A program made the translations under genes and the position numbers. From Leucoraja erinacea (lineage: Eukaryota), in the NCBI RefSeq assembly GCF_028641065.1, contig NC_073396.1:19964001-20028000 (forward strand): a stretch of 64,000 nt of DNA, read 5' to 3'. Shown in pieces: positions 26,570-37,727 of the stretch; the first letter of the stretch is position 1; the number at the start of each line of letters is the position of its first letter. The notes under the pieces are model-generated. The model worked only from the letters and a program-made list of their open reading frames with translations, did no database searches and was not told where the DNA came from.

Positions 26570-27305
26570 CTCTCTCTCCCCCCCTCCCTCTCCTCTTCCC
26601 CCCTCCCCCCCTCCTCCTCCCTCCCCTCCCCCTCCTCCCCCCCTCTCCTCTCCCCCCCCCCTCCTCTCCCCCCCCTCTCCTCTCCCCCCCCCCTCCTCTC
26701 CCCCCCCCTCTCCTCTCCCCCCCTCCCTCCCCTCCCCTCCCTCTCCCCCCCTCCCCTCCCCTCTTCTCCCCCCCCCTCTCCCCTCCTCCCCCCCCCCCTN
26801 NNNNNNNNNNNNNNNNNNNNNNNNNNNNNNNNNNNNNNNNNNNNNNNNNNNNNNNNNNNNNNNNNNNNNNNNNNNNNNNNNNNNNNNNNNNNNNNNNNNN
26901 NNNNNNNNNNNNNNNNNNNNNNNNNNNNNNNNNNNNNNNNNNNNNNNNNNNNNNNNNNNNNNNNNNNNNNNNNNNNNNNNNNNNNNNNNNNNNNNNNNNC
27001 CCCCTCTCCTCCCTCACTCCCTCTCTCTCCCTCCCTCTCCTCCCCTCTCCTCCCCTCTCCTCCCCTCTCCCCCCCCTCTCCTCCCCTCTCCCCCCCCCTC
27101 CTCCCCTCCCCCCCCTCCCCCCTCCCTCCCCTCCCCTCCCCCCTCCCCTCCCCTCCCCTCCCCTCCCCTCTCCTCCCCTCTCCTCCCCCCCCTCCCCCCC
27201 TCCCTCCCCTCTCTCCTCCTCCCCCTCCCCTCCTCCCCCTCTCCCCCCTCCCTCTCCCCTCATCTCCCCCCCCTCTCTCTCCCCTCTCCCCCCCCTCCTC
27301 CCCTC
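26570..27305. repeat. C/T low-complexity tract containing a 200-N gap (26800-26999)
   Basis: Directly visible. Confidence 0.95.
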
Positions 27306-27787
27306 TATTATTAGCATGGGTGTGGGAGGGGGGGGGGGGGGGGGTAGTTAGTGTGTGACGCTGCATGCCACCTTCCCCACCCCACAACCGCCCGTTGGGG
27401 GAACAGGCCCAACGGGTCTGCACTTGGTCTGGTATATTTTAAAAATAGATTAAAAATGTTCACAAATGACACAAATTCTGCATGACAGTTAAAATAATAG
27501 ACTGCAAACAGAAGACATTGATGTAAGAATACACTATTAGAAAACAAGTCCATAGTGGTGCAAGGGGTGGCCCGCAGTGTTCTGTTGCTGAGAGAGAATT
27601 AGCGTAGTGCAGGTTGGTTCAAGAACCTGGTAGTTGTGGAAAAGTAGCAGTTCCTGAATGAGATGAACTGAGATTGTTTTATTGCTTTTCGTGCCCTCTT
27701 ATTAGGCCTCTTATTTACCCATATATCGAGACCCATGAAATTGAAAGGACAACTTCACCTATCAGCAGGGTTTACTATATTTAATAG

Positions 27788-28090
27788 CAGCAGAATGGCA
27801 CAGTGGGTAGAGCTGCTGCTGATCCACAGACCCAGGGATCTGGGTTCGATCCTGATCCCTGGCGCTACCTGTGTGGCGTTTCCATGTTCTTCCTGTAAGC
27901 AGATAGGTTTCCTCCCACAATCCAAAGATGCAAGATTAATTGGCCTCTGTAAATTGCCCCCTAATGTGTAGGGAGTGGATGAGAAAGTGAGATAACATAG
28001 AACTAGTGTGAATTAATGATCAATGGTCAGTGTGGACTGAGTGGCCAAAGGGCCGTTTCTGGCTGTATCTCTGAACTAAACTAAATTAAA
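27788..28090 (+). mobile_element. tRNA-derived SINE
   Basis: A and B boxes (gggttcgatcc) and a taaac tail. Confidence 0.8.
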
Positions 28091-28249
28091 CTTGCCAGGG
28101 TACTAAAAGTAAAGCACCATCATAAAGTTCCTGTCGCTGTCTGTGTGATCCGTCTGCTGTTCTGGTTCCAGGTTCTAAGGCTGTAGAGTTTCCCCACCTG
28201 GCTGCTGCCTCGGGCACTCCCCATCAGACGTGCCACCACCAGCGTGACG

Positions 28250-28430
28250 ATGCATTCCCTGGACGAACCCCTGGACCTGAAGCTCAGCATCTCCAAGCTC
28301 CGGATGATGAGGGGCAAGAGGCAGAGGGGCTATGAGACAATGGAGGAGAGCAGTGCCCAGAGGGAGCTGAAGATGACCGATGATGGGATTGTTATCATTG
28401 CATCGGCCTCTCCCCACAACCAACACAATG
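28250..28430 (+). CDS. GLIS2: GLIS2 first coding exon (probable acceptor at 28170-28171)
   Basis: ATG at 28250, [16 protein letters not shown]; donor GTGAGG at 28431, phase 1. Confidence 0.93.
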
Positions 28431-31400
28431 GTGAGGCTTGTAACATCCCTGGTTGAACAAAACTGTGCTGTGATGAAGAAGGGTCTCGACCCAAAACGTC
28501 ACCCATTCCTTCTCTCCAGAGATGCCGCCTGTCCTGTTGAGTTACTCCAGCTCTTGGTGTCTTGTGACATCTTGTTGGTGTACCCTCCCTGTTTCCGCTG
28601 ATCCACAGGTTACAGTGTGAGCGGTGTAGACCATTCTGAGTCAAATAGTTTGAGTATGAGTCAGGATATCATGATATGGGTTTAGGTTTATGTGTACTAA
28701 GGGTACTGCGGTTGTACTATTTTTCATGCTACCCAAATATATCAGATAAACTATTGCATACATTCGTCAAAATCATGTACAATAGGAAGAGCAAAGGGGT
28801 AGGAAGAGACAGAGAGCAGAATGTAGTTCTCAACATTGTAGCGCACCAGTTACACAGACAAAGTCCAATGTCCTCAACGGGGTAGAGGTGAATCGGATAG
28901 TACCCTAGCTTATGGAAGGACTTTAGTTAGGCCACATTTGGAATATCGTGCGCGGGTATGGTGACCGAATTACAGGAAGGATATGTAGGATTTGGAAAGG
29001 GTGCAGAATGATGCCTGAATATCTTTAGGATAAGGGAAGAAACTGGAGTACCTGGAGGAAACCCATGCGGTCACAGGGAGATTGTGCAAACCCCACACGG
29101 ACAGCACTCGAGGTGAAGAGCGAAGCCGGGTCTCTGGCGCTGTGAGGCAGCAGCACTACCAGCTGTACCATGGACACCATTGATGTTTCCTCATGGCTGC
29201 TCCTTCTGTTAATAGGCCCTGTACTTGTGGTTGTGTTTGCCAGTGACATCCATCCTCGCCGTTATAACCCTGCCCTGCTCTCACACCCTTGCTCTTGTTC
29301 CAGGTCCGTTCATCCTGCACCAGGCTCAGGAGAAGCAAGACGCCCGTTTCTCCCCCGCCCGGAGCTCGGTGTCCATCGTGGACCTCAGCTTGTCCCCCAG
29401 CTCCGGCCTCGACTCTCCGCCCCCCTCGGCCTTGCTGCCCGACGACCTGCAGGACGGAGGAGAAGCGTCTCCTGGTGTCAGCACCGTGAGTATCAGACAC
29501 CAGGGTAACGGCACAAACACCGGCGAGTCCATGCCTCTCCGAGAGAAGCAACAAGTGGACAGAGTGGGAATGGTGGTGTACGGTATGCTTGCCTTCATTG
29601 GCCAGGGCATGGAGTATAAGAATGTGATGCAGCTCAATAGCACTTTGGTCAGGCCGCATTTGGAGTATTACGTGCCATTCTGCTCACTCCATTATAGGAA
29701 GAATGTGGAGGCTTTGGAAAGGATGCAGTGGTTTACCAGTGTGATGCCTGGTCTAGGGGGTATTAGCTACAGGGACAGGGTGGACAGACTTGGATTGTTT
29801 TCTCTCGAATGCTGGAGGTTGGGAGCAGACGACAGAAACATATAACATTTTGAAAGGCATAGATAGGGTAGGCAGTCAGAAAGGCAAAGCTTTATATCAA
29901 ATCCAACGAATGCTGAAGTTAATTTGTTGAGTAATGTAGATGATAAACGAGAAGCAAACAGAGCTCTGCGTGGCCTCTGGGATCAAGGTTCACTCCTGTA
30001 TGAGATGGTTTCACTCCATGTAGGCAGGAGTAGTTTGGGGTACATGGAATGGGATTCTATTATATTCCTATAGCACACAAAGGCTGGAGAATGGCTATAG
30101 GGACTCTTGTTTGATGGAGCGGGACTCGATGGGCGAATGTCCTAATCCTGCATGTGTCTTATGAACTTATGTACAGGCAGAGATTAGTTTAACTGGCATC
30201 GTGTGCAAGGACATTGTGAGCTGAGGGGCCTGGTGCTGTGATGGTGCAGTGACAAGGCCTTCCAGGAGATTTCGGACATTTTCGTTTCAATGGGGTAGGT
30301 AGCGCGGCGGTGGTGGAGAGCGGCTGGTACAGGAGACCGGGGGTCATTGCATAAATGTTAGGCTTTGGAGGGATTTTATAGGGGGTAAGGGGGAAACTTT
30401 AATTCTTAGGAACTCCCATGTCTGGGAATTGGAGCTCCGGTTAACTCTACCCCTGGCTGCGCGGCGCTCCAAATAGCCCGCGGCCGGACGCCCGCAGTCC
30501 CAGCTCCGCGAATGTTGGGAGTCAGCAGCCACAGCGCTCCGGAGCTTACCGCACGGCGACCCGGTAAGGATTGCCCGCTCCCCGCTGGTATCCCAGCGGC
30601 GACGCCGCCGATCCCAACATTCGCGGAGCTCTGCGGGCATGGATTGAATGATTTGCCGGGGTCGGAGCTACAACCGGACCGCGCGGGCTGCAGCCCCATG
30701 TCGGCTGCGGAACTCCTGCCCCTGTGTCCCCGACTTATGAACTTATGTACAAACTAACTGGCAGCAATTATTAGTTTAACTGGTGGCATAGTACGGGTTG
30801 ACCGTGGGTCGTTTCGGGGACAAGTTTGGTGCCAAACGTGAGCTTTGGTGTGCAGACGACATCCTGGGAAAAATGGCTGGTTTTCGGAGTTTTTCGGTTT
30901 CCAGAACTCCGGATAAAAGGTTGTGCACCTGTACTGTTATACAAGTTGAAACAAAGGAGGGGCTGCGGGTGAGTTAAAGTTATCTGCCACTGCTGCAGGA
31001 TGCCCTGACGCCCCGCTTCCTGGAGGGGAGTCCGAGCTCTCAGACGTTCCAGTTCTTCCTGCCTCTGGGCTCCTCCAGCCCGGTCCACCTGCCCTCCTCC
31101 ATGCTGGTGTCGCCGCCCAAGGACATGCCCAACCTGCTGGATCTGCCATTGGAACAGCTGGCCTGTCACTGGCGCAAGGTACGTGCTGTAGCTGGGCGCC
31201 TGTGTGTGGTGACAGGGACGGTACAGTGTTGTGTTCAACAGCAGGTAGAGCCGCTGATTAACACGTCAGACATGGGTTTGATCCTGACGTCGGGTGCTGT
31301 CTATGTGGAGTTTGCCTGTTCGCCCTGCATAGATTTCCTCTGGGTGCTCCGGTTTCCACCCACATCCCAAAGACATGCGGGTTTGTAGGTTAATTAGCCC

Positions 31401-34400
31401 TCTGTCAATTGCCTCGAGCGTTGAGGAAGTTAATGTGAAAGGGGGATAACATGGGCTTTTAGACAGGCACATGGAAATGTAGGGAATAGATGGATATTCA
31501 ATATCCCTGCAGAATAGGGTCATTGTCATGTGGAAAGGCAGGAGAATGAATTGACAGGAAAAGATAGTGTGAGAAGATAGACATAAAATGCTGCAGTAAC
31601 TCAGCAGATCAGGCAGCATCTTTGGAGAAAAGGGATAGTAGACATTTCAGGTCGGAACCCTTCTTCAGACTCGCGTGAACTAGTTTGAACGAGTGATCGA
31701 TAGTCAGCATGAACTCGGTGGGTCGAAGGGCCTGTTTCCATGTTGTATCTATCAATCTAACCCGTGGAGGTGACGAGTCCCCGTCCCCACACATCACAGT
31801 GGCAGAGAGACTGGAAGCTCACCCGCCCGAGCCTGGGACCCCCCCCCCCCCCCATTGAGGGACCCGTGGCTCTGGTGGGCTCCGTCCCTGCACTGTCTAC
31901 AGCTGCTGCTGCCAAGTCCCTGAACGCACCCTCGTGTGACAGCTGTGGCTCAGTGTCTGTGCTCAACCCTGGCATCCAGCCTGGGATGGAAACATGCCTC
32001 CCACATTCTCCGTTACATGGGATGTCAGATCACGACTCGAACATCTGTCTCCCATAACCGGCCTCTTGGATATTCTCAATCTACAGATAGAGTGTAGCTG
32101 GATTTCCAGCAGACATTTAACTAGGTGCCCCAGAAACGCCTGTTGCAGAAGAGCTCAGATAACAGGGCCATGTGTCTGCATGGAACAATAGACAACAGAC
32201 AATAGATGCAGGAGTAGGCCATTCGGCCCTTCGTGCCAGCACCGCCATTCAATGAGATCATGGCTGATCATCCCCAAACAGTACCCCGTTCTTGCCTTCT
32301 CCCCATATCCCCTGACTCTGCTATTTTTAAGAGCCCTAGTTAGCTCTCTCTTGAAAGCATTCAGAGAACCTGCCTCCACCGCCCTCTGAGGCAGAGAATT
32401 CCACAGACTCACCACTCTCTGTGAGAAAAAGTGTTTCCTCATCTCTGTTTGAAATGGCTTACTCCTTAATCTTAAACTGTGGCTCCTGGTTCTGGACTCC
32501 CCCGACATCGGGAACATGTTTCCTGCCTCTAGCGTGTCCAAACCCTTAACAATCTTATGTTTCAATGAGATCTCCTCTCATCCTTCTAAACTCCAGAGTG
32601 GTGCCGTGTATGAAGCTTCCCAAGTGATTACTAGCGAGGCAAGGCCGTTGATGGGCCAGAACGCTCAGTGACGGCCCGGCAATGTGGACCTCCCTGGTGG
32701 CATTCCAATCTGCTGAGAAAAACACTTATGGAACAGAAATTTGAACGGTTGTAGTTTATGTCCTTTTTTACAGTAATGACATAGAACGGCAATACATTCA
32801 TATGAAGGAGTGGAGCTTTAATGAGATTGTGCTCCCTTCATCCAAATCATTGATGTATATTGTAAATAGCTGTGGTCCCAGCACCAAGCCTTGCAGTACC
32901 CCACTAGTCACTGCCTGCCATTCTGAAAGGGACCCGTTAATCCCTACTCTTTGTTTCCTGTATACCAACCACTTCTCTATCCATCTCAGCACTCTACCCC
33001 CAATAACATGTGCCCTAATTTTGCCCACTAATCTCCTATGTGGGACCTTATCAAATGCTTTCTGAAAGTCCAGGTACACTACATCCACTGGCTCTCCCTT
33101 GTCCAATTTCCTAGTTACATTTTCAAAAAATTCCAGAGATTAGTCGAGCATGATTTCCCCTTCGTAAATCCATGCTGTCTCGGACCGATCCTGCTACTGC
33201 TATCCAAATGTTCGGCTATCTCATCTTTTATAATTGACTCCAGCATCTTCCCCACCACCGATGTCAGGCTAAATGGTCTATAATTCCCTGTTTTCTCTCT
33301 CCCACCTTTCTTAAAAAAGTGGGATAACATTAGTTACCCTCCAATCCACAGGAACTGATCCTGAGTCTATAGAACATTGGAAAATTATCACCAAAGCATC
33401 CACGATTTCTAGAACCACTTCCTTAAGTACCCTGGGATGCAAACCATCAGGCCCTGGGGATTTATCAGCCTTCAGTCCCATCAGTCTATCCAACACCATT
33501 TCCTGCCTAATGTGGATTTCCTTCAGTTCCTCTGTCACCCCAGATCCTCTGGCCACTACTATATCAGGAAGATTGTTCGTGTCTTCCCTAGTGAAGACAG
33601 ATCCAAAGTACCTGTTCAACTCATCTGCCATTTCCTTGTTCCCCATAATAAATTCACCTTTTTCAGTCTTCAAGGGTCCAACTTTGGTCTTAACTAGTTA
33701 TTTCCTCTTTACATACCTAAAGAAGCTTTTACTATCCTACTTTATATTCTTGGCTAGCTTAGGAACGGTGAAGGGTTATCACAAGAGGCAATGAGCTGGA
33801 ATAAATGGGGCATGTTCAGGCTACAAGAATGTAACTACTGGAGTGCTTTAGGAGTCTCTACTTGATCCTGTTATTTCCAACCAAGAATAATGGTGCAATT
33901 AGGCTGTGGGCCGAGCATCAAAAATGTGTCTAGAAATCAACTTTTGTGACCCATGTCTCGGATTTACATGAAATTTTGCACAGATTTAGATAAAATATAA
34001 TTGAGGTCATAACTCGTCAGTGCCAAAAGTTGCACATTAATTCATTAAACTAATTTGAAAATGAGATCGAAAAAGTAAGCGCCATCTAGTGTCCAATGCC
34101 CATATTACACCATGGGGAGCCTATTTCCGTGTTGCAGTCTCTTTAAACCATAGGAACACAAATATGCAGGAGAAACTCAGCGGGTGCAGCAGCGTCTATG
34201 GAGCGAAGGAAATAGGCAATGTTTCAGGCCGAAACCCTTCTTCAGACTGATATTTCAGACTGAAACCCTTCTTCAGACTTTAAACCATATATTATCATAT
34301 ATNNNNNNNNNNNNNNNNNNNNNNNNNNNNNNNNNNNNNNNNNNNNNNNNNNNNNNNNNNNNNNNNNNNNNNNNNNNNNNNNNNNNNNNNNNNNNNNNNN

Positions 34401-37400
34401 NNNNNNNNNNNNNNNNNNNNNNNNNNNNNNNNNNNNNNNNNNNNNNNNNNNNNNNNNNNNNNNNNNNNNNNNNNNNNNNNNNNNNNNNNNNNNNNNNNNN
34501 NNNNNNNNNNNNNNNNNNNNNNNNNNNNNNNNNNNNNNNNNNNNNNNNNNNNNNACTTGTGAATTTGACTATAATCATAGAATTATGTATAATTATATAT
34601 AAAAATAATATAATGAATATAATTGTGAGGTTTTTTTAAATGAGACTGCCGCAGTGTGCAGAGTGGGAGTCACGGCTGAAGTGGGACTGGGGCAGTGCGA
34701 GGCTGGGGGAAGGCTAAGGCATCTTCCACTGACAGGGAAATGCCTAACCCTAACTCGCCCCCCTTCTAGAGCTGCCCACGGCTGGAGCTGGAGCCGCTTT
34801 GGGACCGGCTGCGGGCTCCGTACGTGTGGCCCCGCAGCGTGTCCACCTCGGCCAGCATGGCGTTCTGGTGGTGATGGTGGGGAGCAGCACTGCCCTGCAC
34901 GCCGCCTTCAGCACCCCCATAGCGCTGGCTCCGTCAGCCCGCCCGCACGCTTGCTGCAACACCGGCAGCCTGACAGCCCAACCAACCCCTCGCAGCACCC
35001 ACCAGAGGCCCGGCCCAACACTCACCACCCACCGAGGCCCGGCCGATCCTCCACAGTATCCATCTGCCTACCGACAAGCCCGATCGACTGACCCCCTAAT
35101 CCTAACCCTAGCTCTACATTTGTTATTTATCATTTTTATTTAACAGTTTACATCATAGCTTTATAAAGATAAATCAATTGAAAAACAAAATCATCAGCAA
35201 GGTGAGCATTACCTTTATTCTTGGAAACCTTGTAATTGTTTTGATGTAATGAGGAGGCAGCCATGATCCCAGGGTCCTCGCTGCCTAGCGACCATAAAAC
35301 AAAGCGCGGGATTGGTAAATTTGCGTCCGACCACAATGTCAAACGTGCATTGATTGGGCAATTACTACTCAGAAAATTTGAGGTATTTCTCATATTTCTT
35401 AGAAATGTGCTGGTTTTGGTCTTGACGAGTTTCAGGAATGATTTATATAATATTTTTGCACAATATGTTAAAAATGTAGGTAGTTCCGTGAGTTGGGCCA
35501 CGAACCTGAACGAAAAAAGCTCCTCGGCCCACAGCCTAAATGGTTGGATGGTACTTTGTTGTCACATGTACTAAAATGCTGTCCACTCCTTCCCCCCCCC
35601 CCCCCCCCCCTCCCTCCTCTCCCCACCCCCCACCCCCCCCCCTCTCTCTGACCACTCTGCTCTCTGACCCCTGCAGTGTAATCAGCTGTTTGATTCGCTC
35701 CAGGACCTGGTTGACCATGTGAATGATTTCCATGTGAAGCCAGAGAAGGAGACTGGCTACTGCTGCCTCTGGGAGGGGTGTGCCCGTCGGGGCAAGGGCT
35801 TCAACGCCAGGTACTGGCCACTCCCTGCCCCCTTCCCCCATCCCCACAGGGGAGGGTGGTGCAGCGTGGGGAGAGTTTGGAGATTGTGGGCATCTTCTAC
35901 CCAATGGGAGGATGGAGAAGAGATGACTGGGGTGTGACAAGTCTGTGAGGCAGCATGGTGCAGATAGAGGCAATGGGAGGGGGGAGGGGGGGTGAGGTTG
36001 CAAGGCTTAGGCTAAAGCAAGCAGTGAAGCATCCCGATAGGATACTTTCTACAGTGCATCTGTAGAGGGTGGGAAGAGAGTTGTGGACAACAAAGACCTT
36101 GTCGATGGTCCTTTGTTCATGAGCTTCTCACTGCCCCAGGAGCAGCCCTGTCCTGCTGGGTATGGCTCTATCGTGGTGGCGTGCAGAGAAGGCAGAAGGA
36201 TGAGGGCAGGGAGTCTGTGCTGGGGTGATCAGATGTGATTGAAGAACAAGGGTGAAAGTAGAAGGTTGTACTGCAAACTGGAAAATAATCCACATGCAGG
36301 TTGTGGGGTTGAGCGACGAGCAGAGAGAGGAAGGCTGCTCCCACCAATGTATCTTTACTTTGGATGTTGTGGCCACCATCGCTGTGGAGGAGATGGGAGC
36401 CCTTTCCTTCACCTGTGATGGGAGTTCGGGGGCAGCTGGAATGCTCTGATCTGTGCTGGGTTGACCAACTCTATCTCCCCGACTAGGTACAAGATGTTGA
36501 TCCATATTCGGACTCACACCAACGAGAAGCCTCATCGCTGTCCCACCTGCAACAAAAGCTTCTCCCGGCTGGAGAACCTCAAAATCCACAATCGCTCACA
36601 CACAGGTGAGAGCCGGGGGTCATGGGGTCAGTCGTGGGGTTGGAGAAGGAATTGGCCAGGGGGCTGAAAATGTCATGGGAAAGGTGGGTCAGACTGTAAC
36701 TGAAGATTGGCTGGGGGGGGATGATTGAGTATGAGCAGTGCCAGGGGTGGTGGTGGTGCAGGCAGATACGATAGTGGTGTTTATGAGGGTTTTAATAGAA
36801 CCTGGATGGATATGGATCATGTGTGACAGGAGTGATCAGTTTGTCTTGGTATCATGTTTGGCACAGACACTGTGGGCGTTGGGGCCTGTTCCTGTGCTGC
36901 ACTGATCTATGTGTTGGTGTCACCGTTCTGCAGGTGAGAAGCCCTACATCTGTCCTTACGAAGGCTGCAACAAACGATACTCCAACTCCAGCGACCGTTT
37001 CAAACACACCCGGACGCATTACGTGGACAAACCGTACTACTGCAAGATGCCGGGCTGCCACAAGAGGTACACAGACCCCAGCTCCCTGCGCAAGCACATC
37101 AAGGCCCACGGCCACTTTGTTTCGCCGGAGCAGCAGGGGCTGCTGAAGCTGCGGCAGGTGGTGAAGAATCCTGCAGGGCTGGACATGCCCTACCTCAGCG
37201 GCTCGCAGATCATCATCCCCAACCCTGCCGCCATCTTCGGGAACCTTCCCCTGCAGGGGCTAAGGGGGTCTCTGCCCATACCCATGCACCCTGCCCCACT
37301 GGACCTCAGCCCCTTGACCAGCAGCAGCGTGGCCTCTTCCCCCTTCACCGCCGTGCCCAGCTCCGTCATTTCCCTCAACGGCACTCCCATAAACCTGGCC

Positions 37401-37727
37401 AAAACACCGCTGGTGTCACCGGTGTCTGCCAGTGCTCTCGGCCTTCCACTGATGTCCTTGGTGGCCGGACCCCAGAGCCACCCCCAGCGGCCAGCCACCA
37501 CCAAACCCAGGGCAGCAGCCTGTCGGAGACAGGAGGGCAAAGTGAAAGGCTTCCCTTCACTGGAGGGGCGACTGAGGCCACCGGCAGAAGGCTTCTCCAT
37601 GCACCCTGGAGCTGTGATAGACTTATCGGGCCGAATGGCCTCCCTGCCGACAGCTGACTCCCTCCCCGCGGCTTGGGTGGTCATCCCCCCCGGCTCCGTC
37701 CTCCTCAAACCTGCGGTGGTGAACTGA
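28250..37727 (+). CDS. GLIS2: GLIS family zinc finger 2; join(28250-28430,29304-29485,30999-31178,35677-35810,36487-36605,36934-37727), 529 aa
   Basis: Starts [18 protein letters not shown], contains [14 protein letters not shown] and FQFFLPLG, five GLI-type C2H2 fingers, and ends [17 protein letters not shown]. All introns are GT-AG with matching phases; total 1590 nt. Confidence 0.97.
29304..29485 (+). CDS. GLIS2: GLIS2 coding exon 2
   Basis: Acceptor ttgttccag; encodes PFILHQ...[14 protein letters not shown]...VST; donor GTGAGT at 29486. Confidence 0.92.
29540..29880 (+). mobile_element. CR1 LINE fragment
   Basis: Encodes [14 protein letters not shown]...LVRPHLEY...[11 protein letters not shown]. 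Confidence 0.85.
30999..31178 (+). CDS. GLIS2: GLIS2 coding exon 3
   Basis: Acceptor ctgcag; encodes [10 protein letters not shown]...FQFFLPLG...QLACHWRK; donor GTACGT at 31179. Confidence 0.93.
32184..33760 (-). mobile_element. CR1 LINE fragment with an internal deletion or interruption at about 32600-32830
   Basis: Encodes [28 protein letters not shown] and [13 protein letters not shown], plus the CR1 3' end and tail. Confidence 0.92.
33900..35538. mobile_element. Non-autonomous DNA transposon, Academ-like
   Basis: Perfect 16-bp TIR taggctgtgggccgag (33900-33915) and ctcggcccacagccta (35523-35538), with AAT on both sides (3-bp TSD). Confidence 0.7.
34303..34554. other. Assembly gap
   Basis: Run of N. 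Confidence 1.
35677..35810 (+). CDS. GLIS2: GLIS2 coding exon 4 (zinc fingers 1-2)
   Basis: Encodes [45 protein letters not shown]; AG and GT borders. Confidence 0.96.
36487..36605 (+). CDS. GLIS2: GLIS2 coding exon 5 (zinc fingers 2-3)
   Basis: Encodes [40 protein letters not shown]; AG and GT borders. Confidence 0.96.
36934..37727 (+). CDS. GLIS2: GLIS2 last coding exon (fingers 4-5 and C-terminus)
   Basis: Encodes [28 protein letters not shown]...KPAVVN followed by TGA. Confidence 0.97.

Larger units (their letters stand above)
26106..27432 (+). mobile_element. Non-autonomous Helitron-like element spanning an assembly gap
   Basis: Starts A|TCTATATTACTAAAA and ends ggcccaacgggtc...CTGG|T (CTRR end, short subterminal hairpin, A/T target, no TSD); contains an internal 27-bp tandem repeat. 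Confidence 0.6.

Noticed and set aside
26443-27423. 326-aa and 265-aa Gly/Glu/Arg-rich ORFs
   Set aside because: They translate a C/T low-complexity tract and an N gap.
30158-30751. 18-bp direct repeat cttatgaacttatgtaca at 30158 and 30734
   Set aside because: It resembles a common retroelement tail motif; I could not establish it as a TSD or define the enclosed element.
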